Positions 24,521 through 37,931 of a DNA stretch of 64,000 nucleotides are shown here, one piece after another; position 1 is the stretch's first letter, and every line of letters starts with the position of its first letter. Source of the DNA: Phoronis australis (Eukaryota > Animalia > Phoronida); the NCBI GenBank assembly GCA_002633005.1, contig NMRA01000001.1:4010102-4074101 (forward strand), given 5' to 3'. The notes beneath the pieces are model-generated. The model was not told the DNA's origin. It did not search any database and worked only from the letters and a program-made list of their open reading frames with translations. The position numbers and the translations under genes are program-made.

Positions 24521-27500
24521 CATACTCGCTCTTCCAGGCGTCGTCCTCCTTGAAAGGAAAACATGTCAGTGTCAAGTCTCCAACAACTCACATACATATG
24601 ACACGAAAAATGATGCGCTCATGTGAAACCGATCATTGCTCATTTAACGCCGAGTATTGACGGATCGAGAGATTCATGCAATATGAAAATAATAAAATTA
24701 AACCTTGAGCTCATATTGCATGTTTGAGACAGCTCAACTCAGTTCAATTTTATCCCCCGAGTAGTCTAACCTCGTCGGACGGGATCACACCACGTCGCAA
24801 GCATAAAAAGTTATTGACCTCTGGGTCGCGTTGTGCAGCGATGCCAAACCGATCGCTCCACGATAAATATAGTCCACTATTAAAATATTGCCAATATTTT
24901 AAAAACATTGCAACATTTCTGAGCATCTATCCAAGATTTTCTCAACGTACATCTTGCCCGCATTTTCAGTCCAGTCTTGCCAGGTTTCATCTCAACTTGA
25001 GTTCTAAAAATCTTGCCTCCGGCAGTTGACGGAGATGCAACTTGGAGCGCCAGCCGGCCCAGGGGCTAAACCCTGACCATGACGCGTGGTGTCTATAACC
25101 GATTGATCCTCACCTCGGTGACGGAGCTTGGCGATTTTAGGGCGGATTTGTAATTTGTTTGAGACATTGAACTTAGTAGGATGTCATCATTGCTTTCGGT
25201 GTAGTATATAAAAGGCTGCTGAGATGATTCATCAAGTCGTTTGTCGGCGGAAATCCATATAGTCCTACTAGGCAACACGTAGCCCCTCGGCTGGCTTATA
25301 CAGGGGCTACAAAACTTACTATCGGTCTCGACCTATACATCCCGTGTATTCCATTAACGCGGAGCGCCGGACAGGCCCAATCATCCGCTAGATCCGACTA
25401 CTGAGCACCCTATAACTGAGAGGGTCTCACCCCAGCGATCCTTTCTGGTTTTACTCGTATCCTCGATGAAGCATATCAACGGGAATTAAGATGACTTTGG
25501 TAAAGAATAACAAAAATCCTTTCTTTTGGTCGCCGTTAACCGTGAGTTTGTTCCCCGGCGCGCATGATAACTTCAAAGTCACATTAGTTAGGCAAGGACA
25601 TGCTCGCGACTGAATGAAGAGCGCGACCTATAAGCGTGACACTTGCAAAAAGTAGCATGAGATGGATATCCGGTGACATTTGTAAAGATTTGTGTCCCTT
25701 GGACTTTTTGTTCGTCAACACTCTATAGGCGTGATTTCGCGTAACTTCAAAATGGCATCCAGCTGAGTGAAGCTCGAGCGAAGTCGCGACACATTTTCAT
25801 GGTTCAAATTATGTTCACTAAATTGTCCCCTGAGCCATGGTATGTGTTAATTATAACTCAAAAGTGTATATATACATGCGTCATTCAATGTTATTCGCTG
25901 TATTTTGAGATGAGTAACTTTTCCTGGGGGTGTACTATTGACGGCCTAGTGATGCTCTGTTGCATCTTACCGTGGTCGATGAGCAAACTAGAGACGAAAC
26001 AATTACTTTACAAAAATTATCCCGTTTGATTTCAACTCAAGACCGGTTTCCAAATCGAGGTTAAATCCAAATATTCATTCCATTGCAAAGCGTTCATGGG
26101 TTCAGTTTGCTCGCCCCCTACATCACAACTCGGACGGGTGCCACTTATTTACCAAGCCACCTTTGCCCCTTCAGCTGGCTAAAAACGAAAGTTGTATTAA
26201 GCCTATTACTCAGTTAGTTTCGCAAAATTCCTTAGAAGTTATTTACGTTGCCAACAAGAACAACAAAACAATCTGTGACTCAAGAAAACTCTTCAGAGTT
26301 TGAGTATTGGGGTTGGATGGCCGCATTGTCCATTTTGACTTTAACTTGTAACCGAATCCAGCTGTGGCGTGATACGTTAATGAATCAAGAGACTACTTTT
26401 ATGAGAGTAAAAGGCCCAAAATCGTTTCACTTTGAGCCAGCTAAACAAAGGTGAAATACAGCTTTAAACCAAGTGGAACTACTGTAGTGTGAACAACAGC
26501 CCCAAGGAACCGAAACCAGGCTATCACCAGTGTTTTATTGTCGTGTCAAAAAGTCACGGTAATTGCTCGGTTCTGCTCCACACAATACGGCGCACTTGTA
26601 TAGACCATCATCCCTGATGAGCAAGCTTGACGACAACGATTCTTGTAAATACATAGTGACGAACATACAAGGAGTTTGTTTACATTTACACGACCTTGGT
26701 GTTATTGGGTATACATGACAAAAATTTATATCATAGGGATTAAACACTCGGATGCAAACAGCATTATGTAAACGGGGATCATAAGTAAAATTCTTCAACT
26801 TCTTATTTTGCACCCGTAATGGGCGCACTTCTCACAGAGCCCGAGGAAAGACGGTATGTCACAACATTAAAAGTCGACTCCTACGCGGCCACTTGAATTG
26901 TATCCAATCTTCTTAATAGATGGCGCAGTTATATCTCACTCCGACCGCGAGTCACTTGCCCGAGTGTCGTGTTTTTATCAAAAAGGCGCGAATGCGACTG
27001 CATGATGAATGTTATTTGTGTACTGCATGAGGCCATCTATCAGACCGCCTTCCATAAAATAAGCTAACTTCATTTGCTGTAACAAAACAGGTCTTACGTT
27101 ATTCAGATTGGAGCGATTCAGATCTGATTGTAGTCTCGAACATTTCCGAACTGTCCGTTCCCTAACCATAAATCATGCCGCATCTGAGCCAGGGACAAAT
27201 TGATCAATTTTATTACAGCAACCTAGTCCGGGTCTACCGGTGGAGATTTTTGCGGAAAAAGCCCCACAACCAGAACCGTTGAAAAAATCATCTTGATGGT
27301 TGCTTTTTCAGGGCCGTTTAGTTGCATGCCTGGTGCATGTGAAAAATGTAGGCAGAAAGTCAAGAAATAAGTGGCAATCGTTGAGCTCCTCCTCTTGGAG
27401 AAGATCCTTTTAAACGGTGAATTAGTACGCCATTTAGACAGCAGAATAAGAGATGATGACATCACCAACTGCCTCCCGTCAGAAGGTTCACTTAAAAATT

Positions 27501-28732
27501 CCTTCTGTCAAGAACTGTTGATTCGTGCCACTCACCGCTATAAAATTGGTCCCTCATCTTGTTCCTTACTCAGATTATAGTGATTTCCCGGTTTTGGAAG
27601 AAACTGCACCTGAACCCGTAATTGTTTTGGATCGAACCCTACGGTTGCTTGTAATAGCGGCACTTAGTTTCAGTCGCCAATGCAACAGGCCGTCAAGATA
27701 ATTCCAGGAGATTTATTGTGACCTATTTGAATTCTAACTTAGGATAAAAACACGATGACGATATGTTGGAAAGTCACTAACTGCCACTTGAGAATTTTTT
27801 CTTATAATTGTCACCAGAAAATATGGCTTATATCGAGCTGTACGTGTATGTGTTCAGTGTGGAATTTTTGATTGCTTGATGAATATCTTATGAACATTTA
27901 TAATACGGTGAACCAACACTATTTGATGGGAAAAAGTAGTAAAAAAACTAGTCACACCATGACCAATTTAGGGAGTGCAGTTTCACGAACTATCAGAATC
28001 ATGGGTTCGTTTGAAGGACCGTTATGAAGCGTTCAGCTGAATCGCAAAAGTAAAAAAAATATTTGAGTATGAATTCGAAATGTTTAGTAAATTTCTGCAA
28101 CAGTGTGATCCACTGCCTGAAAGCGGTCTTGAAGAGTTCTGTAAAAGGGTCGTTCTTTTTTATCACTTTACCTAATATTTGTATAATGAAACAAGTTGTC
28201 CAAATTTTCCACTCAATTTCTGAAACGTTGAATCACATATTTTGAGACTTTTGTTTTTCAACCACTTTTCTCACAGGAAGACAAAAATTCCGAAGATATT
28301 TATTCAATTGTCAGGAATTTCATACATAAGCAAATAATGTTCATTCGCTCACTTAGTTCTTGGAAAAGGAACGAAAAACAGAAACTACTCTTATTAGTTT
28401 ATATACAATTTCACACACAAGACAAAACGACAATTGATATCACCATGGTTCCCCTTCAGAAAGCTGGTTCCCTTAAAATAAATAATGTTCAAAACATAAA
28501 TAGAGCCGGAGTCGCAGTACATTTCACTGCTCCCTGCCTGCATGGAAGGGCTCCCTGAACAAACGATATGTTCATAGGTATTCTACTTCTTTGAGTTATT
28601 GTTTGAGCCCCATTTTAAAAACTATTACAATCTGTTAATTACATTTTTCCAACAACAACGTATTTCAATTAGATTCCTGTTGGGAGCCCGAGGACATTGC
28701 ACTCCCCCACCTATTGCACTCCCCCCCCCCCC

Positions 28733-29253
28733 NNNNNNNNNNNNNNNNNNNNNNNNNNNNNNNNNNNNNNNNNNNNNNNNNNNNNNNNNNNNNNNNNNNN
28801 NNNNNNNNNNNNNNNNNNNNNNNNNNNNNNNNNNNNNNNNNNNNNNNNNNNNNNNNNNNNNNNNNNNNNNNNNNNNNNNNNNNNNNNNNNNNNNNNNNNN
28901 NNNNNNNNNNNNNNNNNNNNNNNNNNNNNNNNNNNNNNNNNNNNNNNNNNNNNNNNNNNNNNNNNNNNNNNNNNNNNNNNNNNNNNNNNNNNNNNNNNNN
29001 NNNNNNNNNNNNNNNNNNNNNNNNNNNNNNNNNNNNNNNNNNNNNNNNNNNNNNNNNNNNNNNNNNNNNNNNNNNNNNNNNNNNNNNNNNNNNNNNNNNN
29101 NNNNNNNNNNNNNNNNNNNNNNNNNNNNNNNNNNNNNNNNNNNNNNNNNNNNNNNNNNNNNNNNNNNNNNNNNNNNNNNNNNNNNNNNNNNNNNNNNNNN
29201 NNNNNNNNNNNNNNNNNNNNNNNNNNNNNNNNNNNNNNNNNNNNNNNNNNNNN
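28733..29253. other. Assembly gap (521 N)
   Basis: Run of N following a poly-C tract. Confidence 0.99.
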
Positions 29254-30286
29254 GAAATATTTTTGCGGCGACCCGTGGTCGTGTTCACTTTGTGCATCCA
29301 CTATAGCGTTGTCGTCACACGTTCTTACAAAATCCAAACAACCCATAGAGCTAAAACGGTACCAACACTATGCTTTTGTAGCATTTGTTTACAAACTTGA
29401 CTGAGAGAAAACAACCATTCATCAAAATGCCATCGTAAAAAATACAATATTTTTGTCACGTAGCAAATTATTCAAAACGATGATCTAAGCAAAATTCCGT
29501 AGGAAGTTAAAATATACAAATATGCTCAGAACACTTAAGAATCATTGTTAGTTACAGAAATTTCAAGTCACAGCGTCAGTAAACAATCTTGGCAAGATTA
29601 TGGAGAATAACCGAGATGAGGCAGAAAGTTGACTGAGAACTCCTGACGATGAAGATGTGATGAGAGAACCCGTGGGCGGAGACCAAAAAGTCCAATTGGA
29701 AACGTATAAAAGAACAGTGAAAGTTCTAACGAGCAACTGTGCAAAAACATGATGAAGGACCTTAAAACCTGTTGTGTTAGTGGGTTCTAGAGTTCTGGGA
29801 ACAATAGAAACAGGTACAGACGGGCACGTAAAACACATTGCAACGTACCAGTGGTTCCCAGCCAAAAACAAGAACGGCGAGAATCTTGACTTTCTTGTTT
29901 TGTTCGATGGCAAAGCACTCGTCTTGCTCACTGGATATCGGGCCTCAAATGACGTGCTTCAGGAGCCCTTGCACTCTGTGAAGTGGTCTTGGCACCTGCG
30001 GTAGTTGGTCCACCAATCGATAGTTATGGTCATCATGAGCTCGACAACAACTTTTGAGTGAAAACGTTATACTGAGAACCAAAGAGCTTAACAAGATCAG
30101 ACTTACCTGTCAATAAACTTTTTCTTTTTGATGTTCTTTGATTCGTTACTATTACAAGTAAGTTAAACTGAATATAACCAATGCAATTTATTTGGTCACA
30201 TGTTAAAAATCGTCTGTTGACAGCCATGTTTTTTACGGCCAAAGTCACAACCGTTTTCGTTAGGTGACAATAGTTTGCATATTTAG

Positions 30287-30543
30287 CATGCGCGCATCCA
30301 GGGGTGCTCGGGGAGCTCGAAAGAGCCCCCCCCCCAATTTGGCGAAGTGGGCAAAAGGGACCGCCCCAGAGACACAAAGACTCCGAAAAAGTAGAAAACG
30401 AGACAAAAGTCCACTAAAAAGGCAGGAACTAACTAAATTCGGCGAATGCACAACTCATAGCTGTGAACGTACACGTTTTTTAGTACAAGGTCCACATTCT
30501 CAAAAATTCGAGACCCCCATTTTTTAGGTTGGGTGCGCGCATG
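30287..30543 (-). mobile_element. MITE family A, inverted copy with perfect 5-bp TSD
   Basis: TTTAG|CATGCGCGCATCCA ... GGGTGCGCGCATG|TTTAG. Confidence 0.85.
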
Positions 30544-32363
30544 TTTAGGTAAAAGTGAAATGCACTGTTGTTTCTGTATTTGTATCCAATTTGTTATTCA
30601 CAAGTAACTGTTCCCATACATTCAGTTTAAAATACTTTATTTTTACCAATCGGATGGGTTGGATCTATTCTGAGACTTCCAATACAACAGGGTTAGGTAT
30701 AAAGATTACGCAAAACTAAAACTTGCATTTCTTCCGTCTGATTTCTTTCTACAAGGGAGCACCTTTCACATACGTAAGTACGCGCGCGCGCTTTAGAAAA
30801 TGTATTGGTACAAACCAACGACATTTTGACACGCCACGTGAATTACAATTTCTACTGTCCACATACTAGTAGCATTGAAGTGTGTGTGATTCATAGAAGT
30901 AGGCTAATAACCACACGGGGTTGGAGGGTATTTGTCGAAAATGTCTAGCTATGCTCATGAATTACCCAGGCAGACGTAATTAATCAACACTGTTGTAAAT
31001 CTTTACACCGTTGTTCATATTATCCAAATCTTCGGCATTGCCATTAGGGCTGCTATACGACGTTGACTCTCAGGGTGGGATCTCCCATTTGAAGTGTCAG
31101 TAGGGATATACCGCATACTCGGATGGGTATTTTGCACAGTCTCGGGTATAATCGTCCCTGGTGGGTACTTCGCTCTGTCAGGTGTCGTCTCGGGTGGGTA
31201 TTTGGTGGACTCAGACGTGTCGTCTCAGTACAAGTGACAACCAGGGGGCATTGATGTCTCAAGTAGGGGTTTCATAACTTAGTATTGTCTCGGGTACCCG
31301 TTTGTCCGGCTACTGCATAGGTATCGCCTTGGTTCGTATTTTGAGTCCGCGGAGGCACAACCCTATCTGTTATTTGTTATTGAATACCCCGAGTTATTAC
31401 CATCATCTGTATTATTACGCAACGGTTACGAGACAATTCCAAATAACACTTGCCTGCCTCTGATATTGATATCTTTGTTTCTTACCTTTTATTTGTCAAC
31501 TTAAGCTTTAGTATAAACAGGTTCTTTAACCAAATGTTAAAAACTATTATATTCCATTTTGCACTAGTGTTTCTAACTTTTAGAAATAAAAAATATAATT
31601 GTTCAATGAAAATTGATGAAAATGAATTCCTCTCGAGTGAATTATTTTTTTAAAGGTTTTGATTTTCTTAATCAAACAGTATTTAACTACAACTTGCACT
31701 ATCACGGTATCTGAGTTCAAACATTCATTAACATAGATAAGGCTCTAGATTGCCAATGGCTGTCTACGAAGCTGGTCTTATACCAAAAAATCTTGATTTT
31801 TCGGACCCGTTATCGCTGACGACGCCAGACATACACTTTCCACGCACTTTAGTCTGCAGATGCCAAAATGCCGTCGGAGAAATCATGAAAAAGACGCGGA
31901 CTGGTGTCAATTTCAATTACACTTTCATCTAACATTTAGCGAAAACAAAATTTGGTGAACCACTGCAACGCGACAATTGTCTATTTTCACTCAGCGAGCA
32001 CAGCGCTCACAAATCAGCAAATTTGAGGAACTTTCAAGTTTCGTCAAAAATGAATAGATCTGTAGACGAAATTTGTTATTAAGTTTCTTATTCAGATTAG
32101 AATAGAGCTAATTATCATGTTGTTACGTCAGTTAGTCGGCGTCGATTCAAGGATGGTGGGAAATCTGAAAACCGTGATGTCAGCTCCTCTGCAGAACTGG
32201 GGACGAAATTTTCGTTGTCCGACGGGGTGTATGAAGAATATCCGGAATATTCACGAGCCAAGTGAGTATTATATTCCGTTGAAATTACGACTCGACAAGG
32301 AAATAGGTCCAATTTGATAGGCAACTTACGTCGTTTCGCTTTCAATCTGTAAGTTCTTTGAAG

Positions 32364-32623
32364 CATGCGGATAACCCAGGGGGTATCGGGTGGCTCGCAC
32401 GAGCACCCCCATTTGGCGAAATAGACAAATAGCTCCGCCTCATGGAAATAAAACCTCCAAAAAAGGTAAAAAAGGTGACAAAAGTCCACTAAAAAGGCAG
32501 GAGCAACCACAATTCTGCGAATACAAAGTTCATAGCTCTGAATGTACCCCGCGTATCTTAGTAAAAGATCTGAATTCTCAAAAATTCGAGCCCTCTCCCC
32601 ATTTTTTGAGCTGGGTGTGCATG
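32364..32623 (-). mobile_element. MITE family A, inverted copy
   Basis: Aligns by eye with 30287-30543 (gacaaaagtccactaaaaaggcagga; ttctcaaaaattcgag); CATG termini. Confidence 0.75.
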
Positions 32624-33008
32624 GAAAGTACAGATTTAACATTTCTTTAGTTATTTGTGGAAGTAGAGGTCTAACAATTAATAAGATGGGTTATTAGTTG
32701 TCAGTATTTTCATTATTTTGAATCCTAATTTTTGAAAGACTAACTGAATGAAGAAAATTTTACGTAGTCGTGCTGCTGTTTTATTGTTGAAAAACAGGTC
32801 AAGCGCACCGTGTTCATTGGTTGTCAATCACTCTCTTAAGCCCTCCCCGTTTACGCAGATTATCGAATAAACGGGAACAAAAACTTGTCATAACCAATCC
32901 TAAAACCAAAATGCGCCAGCTATTTGCTGAAATAAATGATAAGGTCTAATAATGCAAAACGAGACTGTTCTCTAGACATGACATTATGCTCGGTACTCAC
33001 TTGTCCGA

Positions 33009-33841
33009 GTTAAACGGTACTGAATATCAGATAATAGATAGGGAATTCGTGAAGATGTCTGCTTTGTTGTTCACACAACTAGAATCAGTATAATTGATAG
33101 TTGGATAGGTCTACAAGTGATTTGTATGCTTTATTAGACATAGATATTCGTCGGAGACGGATATGATATCCTGTCTGCAGCGGGTTTCTGCCGGCGAAGA
33201 GTGGGCTTAACTCAATAATGCGCCAATTTGTCGACGTTGATGACAGCCGGTCAATGAAAGCATTGAAGATGAGGTGAAATTGAAAAATACTCAACAAAAC
33301 ATCACAAAGTTGTTGTTACCTCAAGATTGATAACACCCATCACTCGATTGTTTATGTTAAAAGCGTTCGTGCCAAATTGTAACGTACATTTTCTTGATGA
33401 GTAGGCAATAACAGAGAATAATGTNGTTAAACGGTACTGAATATCAGATAATAGATAGGGAATTCGTGAAGATGTCTGCTTTGTTGTTCACACCGCTAGA
33501 ATCAGTATAATTGATAGTTGGATAGGTCTACAAGTGATTTGTATGCTTTATTAGACATAGATATTCGTCGGAGACGGATATGATATCCTGTCTGCAGCGG
33601 GGTTCTGCCGGCGAAGAGTGGGCTTAACTCAATAATGCGCCAATTTGTCGACGTTGATGACAGCCGGTCAATGAAAGCATTGAGGATGGGGTGAAATTGA
33701 AAAATACTCAACAAAACATCACAAAGTTGTTGTTACCTCAAGATTGATAACACCCATCACTCGATTGTTTATGTTAAAAGCGTTCGTGCCAAATTGTAAC
33801 GTACATTTTCTTGATGAGTAGGCAATAACAGAGAATAATGT
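33009..33841. other. 416-bp duplication joined by N at 33425 (likely uncollapsed alleles)
   Basis: 33009-33424 versus 33426-33841, few SNPs. Confidence 0.85.
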
Positions 33842-36069
33842 TATCCCCGCCACACTGTCACTGCGGTCAAATGCAAAATTTGAATGAAAATAGCGAAGAA
33901 GATCCGTTCGCGTGCATTTGTTGTGATAAAATTTTCAGTGTGATTCTGAGAAAAGTAAACTCAGTTGCTGTGTGTATATTTTTACAACTTTCCGAGTGTG
34001 TTAGAAAACTCTATTTGTCATGACTGAGCAAGAACCCACGCTGAAATATGCACTACCTGTGTCAAATATGTATATTCCCAGTACGAAATGTGAATTCGCA
34101 CGAGTTTCTTCTGTCGGTTGTTGAAAGCAGCCAAACAGACGGTCATTCCTCACAACTTTATTACCGGCCAAGATTACGCGTTTGACTACGATGTAATCAA
34201 ACCAGCGAACCAAAGCATACCCATTGATCAAATATACAGGTATGAGTTCGTTGATAGGGTCGTGTCGTCTACAGTCGCACTGTCGTTGTTTATATTTACT
34301 TGCGTTACAAACTACTGCGGCGCCTGCGTTGGTCGATTGTCGGCGCTGTCACATCTATTGGCGACTGCGTGCAACTAAATGACAAATTTGGTACAAAAGA
34401 GTATTGCGTAACGGAGGAATTTTCTTGATTTTACAGTATATTTGACTCTGCTGTATCAAAAGTTTTATCTGAACAACTTTAGAGTTTGACCGATTGAAAA
34501 GACATGAAATCGTAAAGTAGTCGCCAAACCAGCAAATGCGAAGGCACCACTAGAACTTGACTAGACGTACACGGCGACCATTAAATATTTGCAATCTTAT
34601 AAAGAAGCTTGTGACGGAAACCTTGATAAGAAAACAGCCAAATCAGATAAAATCACTTTGTGTTTGCGTGATTGAATGTTGTGTAGATTTGGAAAAATAT
34701 TTTGGAAGACTAGTTGCTAAAGTTCTATTTATTTTTATTTAAGAGAAGCTCTTCGGTATTACAAAAGTCAAACACAATAAAGTGATAATTTTAGGATTCC
34801 ATTTTTGTAATTTCTATTTGAAAAGAAACAAAATGTACCGACGTGTGTACATTTGTATGTTTGTAATTATTGGCAGCAACACTGCGCACTATTTTTTTTG
34901 TAAAATTTCATTATCCAAAACCGTCTGTGGAATTTCTTGTTGATTATCGAAAGATTTTCACTGCGTCATTTGCCATCACACCGTACGCTGCCGCACATCT
35001 ACTCAATTAAATGCGTCACTCAAGATCAGCCGTACCTTGGGTACCATGACAGGTTTGGTTTCCCCGGCGCCATTGCATGTGCCGCAGCAAAATTAGCAAA
35101 ATCAACTATATTCAAACTAATAATTGGTTTGATAGTGTGAAAAATCAATCTAATTGGGCGTGTTTCATGATCCTTCTGATAAAATTTATGATCGTCAATA
35201 TCCGACAGCACTCATCTCAGTAATTTCTTAAGTTTAAATTTTTAAATTTCACAAACATTAGCAAAAAGCTTAAAAGGGAGATTTTCAGATTTACATCCGG
35301 GGATGTACCTGACAGGAATATTGTGCGCATGCATTTACACATTCGTACAGTGCGCGTTGTGTGTCAACTGCGCACTTGCGTCCTCTAGCGGAAATCGCAA
35401 CGTATCTCCCGTGCTGAATATTAACGTTGACGGCAGTTAATTACAAGTCTAGAAATATGTAAAACGATAAGGTTATATTAAATTGAAAACCACAAAGACT
35501 ACACTAAAGAAGCATTGTCTTGTTTTTGTATAAAATCACGTATTAGCACGTACACCAAAGCGCTTCATTCTCACAGATTGTTTTCTTAATCCATGCAGGG
35601 AAATTAATTATTTTGATCAACCTAACTTTCTACGATCTCCAGAGACGCAATGGACGTTAACAAAAACAAGCAATCTTTCATACAAAATAGGTATTTAGTG
35701 TCAATGAGTGGGCTACCGTGTCTGCGATCGTCCATGTTATGTGTTGTGACAGATTCAGACAGCGAAAATAAATATTACTTATTAAATTAATCATTTCATC
35801 TTTACAACAATATTGTTGCAGTTCAAATGCTGCAACTGGTTCGCTCTCCCATGTTCCCGGGTTTCAAGAAATTGGGGGATATCAAGCACGTCTCAGATTC
35901 TGAAACCTATTTAGTCGGTCATTGATTCAAAGCAATTAAATATAAGTCTGAATATTGAGCTATGTATTTTGGCAGGCGCCGCAATATCTCAGCTTTAGCC
36001 CAAACGCAATTACTCTGGCAGGCTCAAGCGTATTTACCAATATTCGCCAGGATGACACGTGTCAACCGA

Positions 36070-36491
36070 ATATCGAGTATAAAACAACAAAACAATGGGA
36101 CGATTGCGAATTAGGGATTTGCAAAAAAACAGATAGGGTGTTTAGACGATAGGGATTATTTCTCACAACTAGTTTGAGAATGGTTGCTCACGAGTGTTGT
36201 CAGGCGATCAGTTGAATTCCCGCCAATAGGTCTGCCCGATCGTCTGCTCACGAGTGAGATAACGAGCTGTGACGAGTACGTTATGGCGTCTTACGGACAT
36301 TAAGGCGCTGTCTGAATATGGTGGAGAAATTTTCAAAATAAAAGCTCGCACGTACCATGGATCGGCTCAGTACCTTTGCTGTACCCAAACAGGCAAGACG
36401 TTTTTTCTTATGATGGTGAAAGGCTGAGCATATCCATTCGGTGTTTCTTGAAGTGTATTTTTCTCCAGTTCTAGTATTCTAAACAAAATAG
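36070..36491 (+). promoter_or_regulatory. Probable gremlin TATA promoter and non-coding exon 1
   Basis: TATAAAA near 36078; consensus donor AG|GTGAGT at 36492. A TGA at 36449 is in frame with the gremlin ORF after splicing, so this exon is non-coding. Confidence 0.55.
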
Positions 36492-37931
36492 GTGAGTTGT
36501 GTTTTGCACTATTTTTACATTAATTCCAATATTTACAACGTTCTTTTGTGTCCAGTTGCCTCTGTCACAGAGAATATAGAGATGGAGATAAAACGTAAAA
36601 CGAATCACTCTACTGTAACGTTAACGTTTGTTTTATTCATTCAAAGAAGTGGTAAAAAATTGGCGTAACTTCTCAACATCCTGGGTTGATAAAAAGATAA
36701 GGTCGGTATTCTTAATCAGTTTTGGCGCCCGCTCATTCCTCAAGGTTAAGAATTAAGGAGGCAGTTTTATCTCACCCTAGGCATCGAAACATTGAATCAA
36801 GTTATTAGCCACTATTAAAACTAGTTAACTACCGCTTCAAATGGAGTTTCGATGAAGTGACCATAGGCCTTCAACCTACGCAACAGGGTTTTTGCAAATT
36901 GGATTACTATATTTTCGCTTGCATTTCTTTAAACTGGTGGACGGAAGCCAGAAGATAGATCGTTTGAAATTTAACTAGCTATCTGTTTAGTGCCACTTGG
37001 TTTCCAATTACTATGCCACACGTCCGAACTGTCATTCATAAAATTCGAGAAGCCGATCGGACCTCGGTGGCCCAATTAGTAGTCTAATGACGACGCACGC
37101 AAGTCAACACCGAGTAGTGTAACGGAACACTGAGACAACACTGTTGACAGCATAATGGAATAATGCCACCGATGAATGGCAGCTTTCATCGCTCCTGGTC
37201 AATGTCGTTTTTTACTACCACCAGTTGGCGGACTTGTCTGGTACTGCCTGTCAAAAATCATGAAAATTAGCAAAACAAAGGGCAAACGGCTCCAACAACT
37301 TGTTTTGTGCGCTTTCAACACATTATTTGCTTTACAACAGTTTACCGTTTTGGACCCAGTCAAATAAAATTAAAATGTCAAAATTAAAAAGAAATTATAA
37401 TAATAATTATGTCACATTTACGTAAAGCCGTAAATTATCAAGCACGTCGGAATTGATTACCTGGCCATGGACCATGTCAATCCTAATCCCCTTCTCAACT
37501 CCCCGGGATCATACAACGGGTGCAACCGCTGTCTGACCACACCGATTAATCCAAGCACACAAGTTTGTAAAACTTTCAAGTGCTAAATTGTCCCCGTGGC
37601 TACTTGAATCGAAAAAAGTGCAAGACGTGCAAAAATTTTTGAAACTGTTGCGTAATTGCATTTCTTTACCTATTTGTGGGTCCAAATCGCGTCATAGTAA
37701 AGGCTGACACGTCATCACTAAACATAGGAATAAATGTCGATTATCTAAGATAACACATTTCTCTTCATTTCCTTAACTTCATAAACTTTTAATTAGTTAA
37801 TCAGTTTGGCATATCTGGTTAGAAAATAGCCAATTGTTGATAGCTTGCTATACTGTAGATTTTAGAACAACAAAAGCTTCTGATTCGTGATGTACAAGTA
37901 ACTGTTATTTGATTTCCTTTTTTCAGATGCG

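Noticed and set aside
28599-29404. Five ORFs of 210-235 aa in the track
   Set aside because: Artefacts of translating through the 521-N gap.
30033-32650. ORFs of 86-175 aa at 30033-30527 and 32115-32650
   Set aside because: They overlap MITE family A copies, which are too short to encode a transposase.
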